Counted from the stretch's first letter, positions 46,523 through 56,793 are shown. The stretch: DNA of 64,000 nucleotides from a virus (IMGVR_UViG_3300021387_000074), one strand, 5' to 3'. Made by a program: numbers and translations. Notes: generated by a model not told the origin, from the sequence alone.

Positions 46523-46595
46523 AGGACTGAGAGGGCTCGAACCTCCCACAACCTGATTAGAAGTCAGGTGCTCTATCCTGATGAGCTACAGTCCC
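46523..46595 (-). tRNA. tRNA-Arg (UCU)
   Basis: Acceptor GGGACTG. D-arm GCTC-ATCAGGATA-GAGC. Anticodon arm CCTGA-CUUCUAA-TCAGG. T-loop TTCGAGC. Confidence 0.65.
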
Positions 46596-47521
46596 AAGTT
46601 TAGAAAAAGTTGTCTAGGAAAAAACAAATATAGGTTTTTGTTCGCCTTATTACTCACTTCGGCTCGTTATTACGCTACAGAGATGATACGGGCTGAGTCA
46701 CAGTGAGCGACACCTGACTTCCATACCACTTTCTAGCTCTGGCAGGAATGATTACCTACAAGTTTCACGTTTCTTCAGCTAAATTATACAAATCATACAA
46801 TTATGCTTTTTTGTCTTACGCTACTTCTTAGTTTTTTGCATACCTTATACTCCGAATTTCTTCGGGATCACGACAGAATGGCTTGTTTAGCATTTCGTCG
46901 GTTTCCCCAAGTGCTACCTTGAAGACCTATCCGATTCTTCTCTCCCTAAGAGAGCGTCTATTACGCCACCGATATACGTCTAACGCTACAAGTCAAAAGT
47001 AAGCAACACGAATCCTTTGCTGTTGGATATTTGAATTATCCTTCTCCTCATTTCTCACGATTTGAAGATAGCCCCATATAACAAGTATCCTTGTTATAAC
47101 CATAACTAAGACTTCAGACTCTCTCGGAGTGGCTGAAAAACCACCTTTGCACCGAGTTATATTTGCTTTTTCTTAGACAACCTTCCCTAAAAATGTTTAC
47201 TTGATGTGCTTCCTTCAGTACCTTCTACCAAAGACAGATAGCCCGTTGCTTTTACAAGCAAATCTTTAGATGCTTTCGCAAATAGATGTCGGAGGTGCAA
47301 GTTCCGAATACCTTTTTAGTCTTCCAACAAGTCCCACCTGACAAAATTTTTTATTTAAGGGGGCAAAAAAGAAAAGTGTCAGGTGGCACCCCAAACTGCC
47401 GCTAATAAAAGCCGCAAACGAAAATCAAACGGGGTGTGGCGTCCTTCAGATAACCACAAAACAGACGCTCGCGTTCTTGTTGTACTGTCTTGCGACAGTA
47501 AGTGGTTTTACGCGTCAAATG

Positions 47522-47971
47522 CTATTTAAGTTCTGATGCTAAAGTTTCAAGAGCACCGTGAATAGTGCCTAAAGCCTTAGCATAAGCGGTTCTTTGCCTT
47601 CGCAAATCCGTTGCTTCATTATACAATGTTTTTCGCTGTTTGTCAAGTTCTTCGACATTGGCGTTTTTCGCTTTCTCATCACGCAACATTGTATTGACTT
47701 TATCAAAGTCCTCAAGAAGTTTCTGAGCTGCTTTACGCAGCTTGTCATTCTCTTCTCTAAGAGTTTTATTTTCTTCTACGAGCTGGCTTTTATAAGCCTC
47801 TACGGCTTTATACTGTGCCTCAAGTCGCTCATAAGACAACTGCTCGCCAGTTATTACTTTTGCTTCAGCTTTTGCAGACACTTGTGGGTTAGATGCTGCG
47901 GTAGGATCAAACTTTACACCCATAGTTGCTGCAGCTTCACCAATTTCTTTCAGAATATCATCTAATTCCAT
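47522..47971 (-). CDS. coiled-coil protein
   Basis: Heptad-rich, K/E/L/A-rich 149-aa ORF. Confidence 0.45.
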   Translation of the reverse strand: MELDDILKEIGEAAATMGVKFDPTAASNPQVSAKAEAKVITGEQLSYERLEAQYKAVEAYKSQLVEENKTLREENDKLRKAAQKLLEDFDKVNTMLRDEKAKNANVEELDKQRKTLYNEATDLRRQRTAYAKALGTIHGALETLASELK

Positions 47972-48081
47972 ATTTCTTTCCTTCTAATAACTAAATGAAT
48001 CCAAATAACGCAAGATTTCATCTTTGGTTATTTCCAAATTTTATATTTCTATTATTATTGCCCCAAAAGATAAGATTTATT

Positions 48082-48150
48082 GCCTTAGAAGGAATTGAAC
48101 CTTCTTACCGCTAGCATCGTAGTCAGTTTAACACAGACAAGGCATCCTTC
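48082..48150 (-). tRNA. noncanonical tRNA-like element
   Basis: Acceptor TGCCTTG/TAAGGCA and T-arm GAAGG-TTCAATT-CCTTC. The interior is about 8 nt too short for a canonical cloverleaf. Confidence 0.35.
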
Positions 48151-48363
48151 CCCGTTCCGCTCTTAAAGAGCATTACTAGGGGAATAAATAGTAGGGTTAA
48201 TTAGTCTTGCAGATTATCGGCTTCTGAATTGCCAACCCCATAAAGCTCACGGACTTTAACCGCACCCACGCTATCGTCATCCGCTATTGTCGGCTGGTGT
48301 CTGGTAAATCCAGGTCATACCTATCGTTGCAGACTATTGTCGCCACCGATTAAGATGTAATAC

Positions 48364-48434
48364 AAGGCTATGGAGGCTCGAACTCCAACTCCCACTCTTA
48401 CGAGTAGGGTGCTAACCATTAACACTATAGCCTT
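48364..48434 (-). tRNA. tRNA-like gene with atypical anticodon arm
   Basis: Acceptor AAGGCTA/TAGCCTT, D-arm GTGT-TAATGGTTA-GCAC, T-arm TGGAG-TTCGAGC-CTCCA. The anticodon region forms a 7-bp stem with a GTAA tetraloop. Confidence 0.4.
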
Positions 48435-48840
48435 TACCAAAGATAAGCTCTCTCGAACTCTCTCCAAAAAATTCTATTGCACATAAGCAAAAATGTCAAC
48501 AGAAGAAATAGGGAACACAACTCATTTCCCACATTCACGAACTAACCCCGTGGTCGGGCTTATCGCTTATTGCCCCTTACTTGCCTAACTCAGAGTTTAA
48601 TACCTCACTCCTCCTAGTTGTCGCTTGGCTTTATTCTCTGAACGGTTTTCACGAGCCGAGTTGTTAAGTTTTAGGCGAACAATATACCCACTAAAATGTT
48701 AGTCCGAAGACTAACATGAAGTTGCGTCCAATATCTTTATAAGAATAGGAATTGTATATGCCTTTGCTTATTTATAATCAATTCAGTTGTGTCCAGCCAA
48801 CTGAATTACCATACCAAATTAGGCGAGTTGTATGCCTGGC

Positions 48841-48913
48841 TCGCGAGGAAGGACTTGAACCTTCAACCTTCGGGTTTGTCGCCCGACGCTCTAGCCAATT
48901 GAGCTACTCTCGA
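48841..48913 (-). tRNA. tRNA with anticodon loop CGACAAA (anticodon ACA?), 3' CCA encoded
   Basis: D-arm AGCTC-AATTGGCTA-GAGC. Anticodon stem TCGGG/CCCGA. T-arm GAAGG-TTCAAGT-CCTTC. GCCA follows the acceptor. Confidence 0.5.
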
Positions 48914-48962
48914 AAAAATGGTTGATAGGAACAACTTGTGCCTTAATTTATCTTGTGCTATA

Positions 48963-48991
48963 ATTATAACACGAAAATAATTTTTTGTCAA
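48963..48991 (-). promoter_or_regulatory. consensus sigma70-type promoter
   Basis: The minus strand reads TTGACA, then 17 nt, then TgTTATAAT (from + strand 'attataacacgaaaataattttttgtcaag'). Confidence 0.55.
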
Positions 48992-49737
48992 GTACCGAAT
49001 ATATAAGCAACCACCTTAGTTCCATACTCTTTCGAGTAGAAATCTAAGATATTTGCCATACTTACAGCAGCCTCGTATTTACAACGATACTCTGTAATGT
49101 CCTCATCAAGACACTCATACTCGTCGCCTACGTTCATTTTTTCTTCTTCGGAAAGTTTCTGATAATCAAGAGATTTTCTAGTTCTTTCCCAATCTGCTTT
49201 TTCAATAAGCAGCTTTTCAAGATGATCAAACATCTTTGAAGAATAATCGTAGAACGAACGAGCATCATAGAAACCACCATCGTATCCACGAGGATTGATT
49301 CTCTTTTTGTAGATAGAAAGATATTCACTATCTCTCTTATCAGCTACTGCATTGATGTACTCAACTGAATCAACATCATACTTCTTAGCAATAGCTTCAG
49401 ACTTTTCATCTTCTACATAGAAGTGAACCATATTTGTTTCTTCGTGGTGAGCTGTGCGATATTTGAAATCGCTTTCAGCAACAACGTTTTTCCAACTATC
49501 CTTATGGATAGTGGCAACAAGAACATCTTCGACTTCGTCGTATTGATGCTCAAGTTGTTCAAGTTCCTTGCGGTCTTCGTCGCTTAAAGTAGCGGGGTTA
49601 ATCATTGAGTCTAAAGTTCCTCTGTTTTCACAAAGGTTCTTTGCCATAAGCCAATAGTTAGAAACCATTTCGGGTTTCCAAGATTCGCTTTCTTTCTTGG
49701 TGTAGATGTCTACACCAATATACCAACTCATAATCAC
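48988..49737 (-). CDS. hypothetical protein
   Basis: 249-aa ORF. Confidence 0.5.
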   Translation of the reverse strand: MIMSWYIGVDIYTKKESESWKPEMVSNYWLMAKNLCENRGTLDSMINPATLSDEDRKELEQLEHQYDEVEDVLVATIHKDSWKNVVAESDFKYRTAHHEETNMVHFYVEDEKSEAIAKKYDVDSVEYINAVADKRDSEYLSIYKKRINPRGYDGGFYDARSFYDYSSKMFDHLEKLLIEKADWERTRKSLDYQKLSEEEKMNVGDEYECLDEDITEYRCKYEAAVSMANILDFYSKEYGTKVVAYIFGT

Positions 49738-49740
49738 CTC

Positions 49741-50043
49741 CTACTTCTTTTCATTAGCCACGTCCTGATAATTCATTTCGATCTGAGTATTAACCTCAGT
49801 TGTGCGAGTGTAGTTAATGTTCTTCATCGCAACAGCGAAGTTTACATCATAGCACTTTTGACAATTGTGAGCAGCAATCAAAACGCCACTAGCTGCGATT
49901 ACGCAAATAATCAATCCACCTAACGCACCTTTCCAATCAATGTCGCCATCCATTGCTTTGAAACCCATAGAACACAAAATGAATATAATAGGTAATCCAA
50001 AACAAACTGCCACAAATACCCAAAGACAAGCAGCACCCGTCAT
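49741..50043 (-). CDS. small membrane protein
   Basis: Two to three hydrophobic helices. Confidence 0.4.
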   Translation of the reverse strand: MTGAACLWVFVAVCFGLPIIFILCSMGFKAMDGDIDWKGALGGLIICVIAASGVLIAAHNCQKCYDVNFAVAMKNINYTRTTEVNTQIEMNYQDVANEKK

Positions 50044-50151
50044 ATCAAAACTCCTTAATCAAGTGATGAACAAAACACTCTCTAAGAAAATGCTTAATTC
50101 ATCACTTGATGATATAATTATACCACCAAGTGATTTGAAAGTCAACTATCT

Positions 50152-51273
50152 CTATCTGTTAGGGCTAGTTGCTTCTTGAATCAGACTATCCAAGCCAAGC
50201 ACCTTCAAGTCATTAGAAGTAATAACTTTAGGGAATACGATATTATCCAAAGCCTTTGAGCGATTGATAATAGCCTGGGCTTCTGCTTCACCTTTAAGTT
50301 TAAGGTTAGCAATTTCCTGCTCTCGCTGCTTACGAGAAAGCTCAATGTTAGATGTCTGTGCCAAAATCTGCTGAGTTTCTACTGTTTTACGAGCTTCTGC
50401 CTTAGCGTTTTCAGTTTCGGCTTTAATTCGCTCCTTTTCAAGAGCAAGCAGTTCAATTTCGTTCTGTTTCTTCTGCTTTTCAGCATCCTGTCGTTTCTTT
50501 TCAGTTTCAACCTGAGCGGCAAGTTTAGCCTGCTCGTTCATAGAATCCTGCAATGTAGTATCGTCAGGAATCAATCCTTCAAATACCGCAAGGTTATCAA
50601 TAGTAATTCCAAGATCGTTTGCCCATTCATTTACACGCTCTACAGCGGCATCGACGATTACGTCACGATTAGGTAGAACATCTTTGTATTCATACTTATG
50701 GAACTCTTTTGACAATTCAGCAGCAACCTGGTTCTTAAACTGAACGTCGGCGACGCTTTCAACAGACGTCATCTTTTTTGAAAGAAGTTTTCCATTTTCG
50801 TCTTTTACCTGCAAGTTCGCAGGGAAATTACGCAAGAATTTTTCTGAGTTTTCAGGTTTAACACGAATACCGTACTTCATCGGAACAGTAAATCCCTGAG
50901 AACCCTTAGTTTCAACTTTAATGTCATCTTTCCAAGTGCCCGTTACTGGCGAGTTAGAAACTGCAATAACAATTTCAGCTGCGATATACTTACCTGTTCC
51001 AGGCATACGTCCTGTCTTTACCCAGTGATGGTTAATCCGAGTTAGTTTGGAATTAACTGTCTTGTAATCCTGATTAGCATTGATCTTTGCCTGATCGTTA
51101 TCAGTTCCAAGCTGGTTAATAAGGAACGCTGTTTCATTGGTTCCAATAGAAACATACTCTGGTTTGTCATAAGGTCTAATGAACAAACAAGAAGTACACA
51201 TAAATGACATTGCCATTACGGCAAGAAGTAAAACAAAAAATTTCTTCATAGGGCTATTCTTTCTCCTTCCCAT
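50152..51273 (-). CDS. lipoprotein with SPFH/band-7-like domain and coiled-coil tail
   Basis: Signal/lipobox-like 'LLLAVMAMSFMCTSC'. Central region and a long K/E/A/Q coiled-coil resemble stomatin/prohibitin-type proteins. Confidence 0.45.
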   Translation of the reverse strand: MGRRKNSPMKKFFVLLLAVMAMSFMCTSCLFIRPYDKPEYVSIGTNETAFLINQLGTDNDQAKINANQDYKTVNSKLTRINHHWVKTGRMPGTGKYIAAEIVIAVSNSPVTGTWKDDIKVETKGSQGFTVPMKYGIRVKPENSEKFLRNFPANLQVKDENGKLLSKKMTSVESVADVQFKNQVAAELSKEFHKYEYKDVLPNRDVIVDAAVERVNEWANDLGITIDNLAVFEGLIPDDTTLQDSMNEQAKLAAQVETEKKRQDAEKQKKQNEIELLALEKERIKAETENAKAEARKTVETQQILAQTSNIELSRKQREQEIANLKLKGEAEAQAIINRSKALDNIVFPKVITSNDLKVLGLDSLIQEATSPNR

Positions 51274-51571
51274 TTTTGATCAAGTTTATAATTTTATTTC
51301 CATCCTTAAACAAGATGAATATAGCCAAAAGCCACAGCAGAAAACTAATAAAGGTAAAAATCGCTGTAAAACTGCCTTGATGATTTATTACAAAATTAGC
51401 AAAGGCATACGATACTTCACCCTTCATTCGTTCAATTTCAATGTTACTAGCCGCCTGATTTGCGACCGTAGCAAAGAAACTCTGTGCAAGCAGCACAATT
51501 CTTATTGCCAAGAACAGAAAAGCTTCCTTAATAACCAAGCCAATTGACTTGCTTACAATTTCTTTTTTCAC
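51254..51571 (-). CDS. membrane protein
   Basis: 105-aa ORF with two TM helices. Confidence 0.4.
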   Translation of the reverse strand: MKKEIVSKSIGLVIKEAFLFLAIRIVLLAQSFFATVANQAASNIEIERMKGEVSYAFANFVINHQGSFTAIFTFISFLLWLLAIFILFKDGNKIINLIKNGKEKE

Positions 51572-51770
51572 TTTTCCTCCTTAATAATTTCAAAGGTATC
51601 ATTTTCAGGTTGTATTGCACAACCGCCCCACGAGCCATGCAGCTGACCAATGTCATCGACAGATTTAACAACACCAGTCTTACCACTATACTGCGGCTCG
51701 CCTTCCATGTTTATAATCTTAACAGTCTTACCTACATAAGTCTGTCGCAATTCTTCAATTCTTTTCATAA

Positions 51771-51995
51771 TTACTTCTTAGAATTAAAATTTATTTTGAG
51801 CGTTGAAAGCATGCCAATAACCAATGAGGCGTTAGCATAATTTACAAAGCTGCCCTCTGCTACACCAAGAGATGCGGCAATGGTATGAATAAACCAACAA
51901 TGACGAATTGCCAAAGTAAGAATTATTCCACCAAGCAACCAAGCGAGCAGCCAAACAATGATGGCTCCAATTAACCAACCAAGAAAATTTTTCAT
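51771..51995 (-). CDS. small membrane protein (holin-size)
   Basis: 74 aa with two TM helices. The assignment is speculative. Confidence 0.3.
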   Translation of the reverse strand: MKNFLGWLIGAIIVWLLAWLLGGIILTLAIRHCWFIHTIAASLGVAEGSFVNYANASLVIGMLSTLKINFNSKK

Positions 51996-52003
51996 AGTTT
52001 CTC

Positions 52004-52477
52004 CTAAGGGTTAGATTTTGGATTAGGATCGAAGTCGAAGTCATTCAAACATTCTGTCCAACTTTCCCAATCTTTAGCGATTGTTTCATCGACTGTTATG
52101 CGACCATCAGAACGATCCTGACATATTGGCAGAGAACTGTTCTTATTGAAAGCTTCCTGCTCGTCAGAGTGGTAAGGGGTATCAATAGGAGTATCACCTT
52201 TCCAAGTAGTAAAGATAACATCCGCAGATACAAGACCGTGCTTTGGTTTATAGTTTGGATCGCAAACAGAATTGTTGTATTTTGTAAGCATTTCAAAAAG
52301 AATTTGAACTGCTTCTTCTTTCGTTCTTACATGGTCATCATCAAAGAACCCGTGTTCAACAATAGTTTCATCAAGAATATCTTCAAGCATTTCCCAATTA
52401 CCAGCCGCCCATTGTTGATAAGACGCTGCAAAGAATTGCCCATTATAAGCAATCCTTGAAACTAAACGGTCACCCAT
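52004..52477 (-). CDS. hypothetical protein
   Basis: 157-aa ORF. Confidence 0.45.
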   Translation of the reverse strand: MGDRLVSRIAYNGQFFAASYQQWAAGNWEMLEDILDETIVEHGFFDDDHVRTKEEAVQILFEMLTKYNNSVCDPNYKPKHGLVSADVIFTTWKGDTPIDTPYHSDEQEAFNKNSSLPICQDRSDGRITVDETIAKDWESWTECLNDFDFDPNPKSNP

Positions 52478-52918
52478 TATTGCCTCCTGACACTATAATT
52501 ATAACACGGAAATAAAATTTTGTAAATTAAATTAACCAAAAGATGATAACGAAAACGAACGGAAAAATATCTGCGATAATAAATTTCTTCTTCCATTCGT
52601 GAAGACTTACACGACGTTCAATGTCGTTGCTTAAATATTCGGCTACAGCACAAACCATAAAGCCGACTGTAAAAAAGGTTGCACAAAAAATTACTGTCCA
52701 AAAAATAATTGCAGCCATACTACCTCACTCGATAACAGATGTCAGCTCCGTCATCTTCAAAATACTCTTTTACGTAATCGCGAACAGTATCACCGATTTG
52801 ATCTAAGGAGCTAAGATAATACTTAGTCCCCGTAGATCCCTCGTGGGAGATATAACAGAAAAGTTTTCCTATCATATCTCCATCACTTTCGCGTCCTATC
52901 TCAACGCTTATTGGCATA

Positions 52919-53365
52919 TTAACCTACTTTCTTTGCGAGAATATCAGCCAATACGTCGCGTGCTGATGCAGCTGAAGGATTTGGGTTTGGTGTTGGCTTT
53001 GAGCAAGAGCAAGCGTCGCAATCGCAGCCTTCATCTTCTTCGTCGTCATCGTCTGACATCAAATCTTCCATAATCTGCATTGTGGTAGCGACAGCACCAT
53101 AGATAACAAAGTCGAGCATTTCTTCTTTTGGAAGTCCTTTTGCTTTGCAGAACATAGCTGCTTTTTCAACTACATCATCTTTAATATGATCTGTGATTTC
53201 TTTTGTAAGCATTGCTCTTTTAGCAATGTTTGCAAAGCCACCAATAGCGTTCATAAAATCAGGATCTTCCTTAGCCTCTGCTTCAGAAAATGTCTTAACT
53301 TCTGCATCACCATTTGATACTGCAGCAGCAAGTCCTGCCAATAACTGTTTCAATTCCTCTGGCAT
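52919..53365 (-). CDS. hypothetical protein with C-terminal Cys cluster
   Basis: 'EGCDCDACSCSKPTPNP' tail. Confidence 0.45.
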   Translation of the reverse strand: MPEELKQLLAGLAAAVSNGDAEVKTFSEAEAKEDPDFMNAIGGFANIAKRAMLTKEITDHIKDDVVEKAAMFCKAKGLPKEEMLDFVIYGAVATTMQIMEDLMSDDDDEEDEGCDCDACSCSKPTPNPNPSAASARDVLADILAKKVG

Positions 53366-53375
53366 ATTCGCCCTC

Positions 53376-53705
53376 CTATTCTATTTTTATATACAAATGA
53401 CCTTGTTCGGGGTCATTGAATTTTTCAAATTCTTCCTCTGTCATAACGCAGAACTGAAAATCTTTTTCACCACTACGTTTATAGACGTCATAATGGCGGT
53501 CTAAATTATAAACATTCTGACACAACCAATTAAGATTGTCACGGTCTTTCCTTGCTTCTTCTACTTTTTTGTGGATACTACCCGTGCAAGAATTATCAAG
53601 CATTTCCTGGAAATCTAAAAGATTAAACCCAAGAACTTCTGAAAGTTTTGAAAGTGCTTCTTCCATTTGAAGCTCCTTAGCGTGTGTCCCAATCAGATAC
53701 AACAA
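53376..53705 (-). CDS. hypothetical protein
   Basis: 109-aa ORF. Confidence 0.4.
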   Translation of the reverse strand: MLYLIGTHAKELQMEEALSKLSEVLGFNLLDFQEMLDNSCTGSIHKKVEEARKDRDNLNWLCQNVYNLDRHYDVYKRSGEKDFQFCVMTEEEFEKFNDPEQGHLYIKIE

Positions 53706-53985
53706 ACTTCAAACTGAAGTCTATATCGCCCGTATCTTTATCGTAATAAGAATTGGCTTCAAAGCCACCAGTGCCTACAATCCAATCTTCTTTCTTTTCT
53801 TCTGTGTGCTCAAGGCACTCAAGGAGCAGTTCTGTTGCCTGCTCTCTAAGGTCTACTTCTTTTGGAATATGGGGATAAGGAACACTAGCCCACTTCCATT
53901 TGAGTTTCTTCATAGTTTTTAAGACTCTTTTGAAATCAAAGTTATTAAGACACTCAAAGATTTTTTTTGTGTTTTTGTGAGCCAT
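53677..53985 (-). CDS. hypothetical protein
   Basis: 102-aa ORF. Confidence 0.4.
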   Translation of the reverse strand: MAHKNTKKIFECLNNFDFKRVLKTMKKLKWKWASVPYPHIPKEVDLREQATELLLECLEHTEEKKEDWIVGTGGFEANSYYDKDTGDIDFSLKFVVSDWDTR

Positions 53986-54005
53986 TCCTTGCCTCCATAC
54001 AAAAA

Positions 54006-54533
54006 TTATACCACGCCTTCAGATTTTTGTAAAGTACGAGCATCTGCCCATTCTTTCCAAACCTTGTAGTTAACGTGAACATAGATTCTATCTTCAGTGC
54101 GGCGATCTGACAGCACCAAGGCTTTATATTCAACTCCACCATAAGATTTGTTCACAATATCATCATCCATGCAAATTCCGATAGGAATGTATTCGTGATC
54201 GAGCATATCGAGCAAGCGTTCAAGCTGCTCACTTGGATTACCTGCAGAAATAAAAGTGTTGTCGAGATAATGGTCGCCAATAGTCATCGGATTGATCCTT
54301 TCGTACATAAACGAAAAATCATCTTTATACTGAAGCTCAGACTCTAAAGATTCCACTGTTGGAAAATCTTCGTAGTCTAAATCTTCACGGACTTCCATTA
54401 CTATATCAGACTTGGTATGAATACACCAGCCGCCATTACAATTGTAAATCTTGCAGCCTATTTCAAGTTTGTTTTCTTCAGGGCGATACCAAATAGGAGT
54501 CCCATTTTCACCATGTCTGAGTTTTACAAGCAT
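54006..54533 (-). CDS. hypothetical protein
   Basis: 175-aa ORF with a promoter motif upstream at about 54000. Confidence 0.45.
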   Translation of the reverse strand: MLVKLRHGENGTPIWYRPEENKLEIGCKIYNCNGGWCIHTKSDIVMEVREDLDYEDFPTVESLESELQYKDDFSFMYERINPMTIGDHYLDNTFISAGNPSEQLERLLDMLDHEYIPIGICMDDDIVNKSYGGVEYKALVLSDRRTEDRIYVHVNYKVWKEWADARTLQKSEGVV

Positions 54534-54811
54534 TAGTCACACTCCAAAATTCTTTTCATATAATTAATCCAACTATACTTTCGTCTGCGATAAGTAAGTG
54601 CCCAAAACAAAGTGCCATAAAACACTATGATAATTTGAACAACCAAAAGTAAAACCCACAAAAAAGAGTAAAGGATAAGCCAGCCAAGATGATCCCAGCT
54701 GTCTTCTGTAAACCAATTTATAGCTGCCCAATGTCCTACGCCAATAAACAAGTAAAGTAAAATATAAATAAAAATCATACTAAGCCACCTTGTGAGATTC
54801 AAGATAAGCAT
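54533..54811 (-). CDS. membrane protein
   Basis: 92 aa with two TM helices. Confidence 0.4.
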   Translation of the reverse strand: MLILNLTRWLSMIFIYILLYLFIGVGHWAAINWFTEDSWDHLGWLILYSFLWVLLLVVQIIIVFYGTLFWALTYRRRKYSWINYMKRILECD

Positions 54812-55268
54812 TGATTACTTCCCAATCGCTTGGCTTGAGTAAATCATTCAAAGCACCTTTGTAGATTTTATTTTTATTTGTAACAGTGTAGCCAAACATA
54901 GCAGCATAAATCTGGATTGCCTGAATATACTGTTTTTCTGTCGCATTAATAAATGTAGTATCCCAATCTCTTTTACAAGAGCAAATCAGCATGCCGTCAT
55001 GCTCAATTCCTTTGAAGTCTGTATAATTATGGGACTTAAAACGCCCGCCAACATTACGAGATTTTCCACCATACAGTAAATGTTCGCTTTCCGATTGAAG
55101 ACAATAAATGCCATTTTGTTCGAATGATTTTGGCTGTTTAATTTCTCCATTAAGAACTTTGGCGACTCTTACTACAGCCTCCCCCATCGATGGAATTTGT
55201 CTTGTAAGCATTGCGGTGCTTCTTCTTACTTTTTTAGTTCCGCAACTTACTTTTGTGCAGTTTGTCAT
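54780..55268 (-). CDS. GIY-YIG domain nuclease
   Basis: 'NGIYCLQSESEHLLYGGKSRNVGGRFKSH' GIY-(10)-YGG with the conserved Arg. Confidence 0.5.
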   Translation of the reverse strand: MTNCTKVSCGTKKVRRSTAMLTRQIPSMGEAVVRVAKVLNGEIKQPKSFEQNGIYCLQSESEHLLYGGKSRNVGGRFKSHNYTDFKGIEHDGMLICSCKRDWDTTFINATEKQYIQAIQIYAAMFGYTVTNKNKIYKGALNDLLKPSDWEVINAYLESHKVA

Positions 55269-55278
55269 ACCTGCCCCC

Positions 55279-56172
55279 CTAGAATATCAGTGAGCCTTTG
55301 TCATCCCACTTAGAATAAAGTTTGCAGTTAGGTCTCAAAATGAGATATTTAACTGCGTCTTTGTTGATACGCTTAGACATACAATCCTCGTCTATTACGA
55401 CCGAGATTCCATCATACGAATAACGGTCAGAACCATATTCGAGCGTATCGAGATAATTTCCGTTTTCCTTTACTTCATTATACAACAAAGGGAAAAAATT
55501 GTCAATTATGTTCTTTGACACGTTCTCTTCGAGCCACTTATCCTGTTCAGAGTCAGTTCCCGATGAATACATCTTGCGGAATGTCACCTGGTCTGCACCA
55601 AGTTCTTTGCAACGTTCAAAGATCTTCTGAATCATTCCTGAGGTACAGCCATCAAGAATGTTGTCAGTAATGTTAAGGCTCAATCGGAGATTAAAGTCAT
55701 AGCGTTTGATTTCAGAACAAAGTTTTTCAAGGTTGAAGTCTTTGTCTTTCATTCCAATGATTTCCATATTCTTTGCATCATTATTGAGGCAAGAAACAGA
55801 AACGGAAATAGTAGTAATGCCTACCTGATTTCTGAAAAAGCGGAGTTTTTCGTCACCAATGAAAGCACCCGTAGTCTGCATTTCAATATTACGGAATGGG
55901 TGTTCCAAATCGCGATTCATGTCGCCAAACGCTTTCAAGAACGGAATGTTCTGCTGTGGCTCCACATCGCCAGTAAGCATACAAGTATTACAGCCATTAT
56001 CGCGAGCAAACTCCATGCGTTTCATAAAGTCATAGCGATAAAGGTCGTAAAACCTTAAATTATCTGTTATCTGATCTGGGTAAGCAGATTCAGACATTTT
56101 TACACAACAAAATTTACAGTCGTTAATGCATTTCTTTGCAGGCACGCAAACAGAGAGAGATTGAATTTTCAT
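55279..56172 (-). CDS. radical SAM enzyme
   Basis: 'CINDCKFCC' CxxxCxxC cluster near the N-terminus. 'LTGDVEP' glycine-rich SAM motif. Confidence 0.7.
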   Translation of the reverse strand: MKIQSLSVCVPAKKCINDCKFCCVKMSESAYPDQITDNLRFYDLYRYDFMKRMEFARDNGCNTCMLTGDVEPQQNIPFLKAFGDMNRDLEHPFRNIEMQTTGAFIGDEKLRFFRNQVGITTISVSVSCLNNDAKNMEIIGMKDKDFNLEKLCSEIKRYDFNLRLSLNITDNILDGCTSGMIQKIFERCKELGADQVTFRKMYSSGTDSEQDKWLEENVSKNIIDNFFPLLYNEVKENGNYLDTLEYGSDRYSYDGISVVIDEDCMSKRINKDAVKYLILRPNCKLYSKWDDKGSLIF

Positions 56173-56175
56173 AGA

Positions 56176-56793
56176 CTACTCCTTGCTGTCTAATTCCATT
56201 TCGGAAATTTTTGCTTCAAGCCCTTTGATATTCTTTTTCAATTTGTTTCTTTTTTCACGGAGTTCTTTAATTGTTTTTTCGTGACAAAGAGCAGAGTTTT
56301 TGCATTCAACAAGTTCTTTAGCAAGTTTTAATATAGAAGTTGGTTCTCTCTGCATTCTAGGATGCATCATTTCTTTTTCCAACTCTATCATTTTTTCATG
56401 ATAACGAGAAGCTGCTACAGAGCCTCTGCGTTTTATTTGATGCAGTTCTTCGCAAACATTGTCATAACGACGATAAAGAGTCCAGCGTGCTTTCATAAGT
56501 TCGATCTGCTTTTCAAGCGGACCTTTCAATTCTTCTATGTCATGATTAGAGAAAGCAATCGGGAAAGAAAAAGCATTACCATTTGCACCCATAAACTTTG
56601 CAGTAATAATGAAAGTTTTATCCCAGCCAATTCGTGTATCTGGAGCATCTGAATAAAGTTTGCAAACGATAGTTTCAGTATCAATGTTGTTGTAGAGGGC
56701 TTTAATATGTTCTAAAAGATCTTCATAACTTAATGGCTCAAAAACTGTTGCCATAGATTCGGCTAAACCGCCTTTGTGAAAACGTACTTTCAT
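56176..56793 (-). CDS. hypothetical protein
   Basis: 205-aa ORF directly downstream of the radical SAM gene. Confidence 0.45.
   Translation of the reverse strand: MKVRFHKGGLAESMATVFEPLSYEDLLEHIKALYNNIDTETIVCKLYSDAPDTRIGWDKTFIITAKFMGANGNAFSFPIAFSNHDIEELKGPLEKQIELMKARWTLYRRYDNVCEELHQIKRRGSVAASRYHEKMIELEKEMMHPRMQREPTSILKLAKELVECKNSALCHEKTIKELREKRNKLKKNIKGLEAKISEMELDSKE

Noticed and set aside
53954-54142. 62-aa ORF overlapping the 54006..54533 gene
   Set aside because: It is embedded in a different frame of a longer ORF that has a promoter and RBS, so it is likely spurious.
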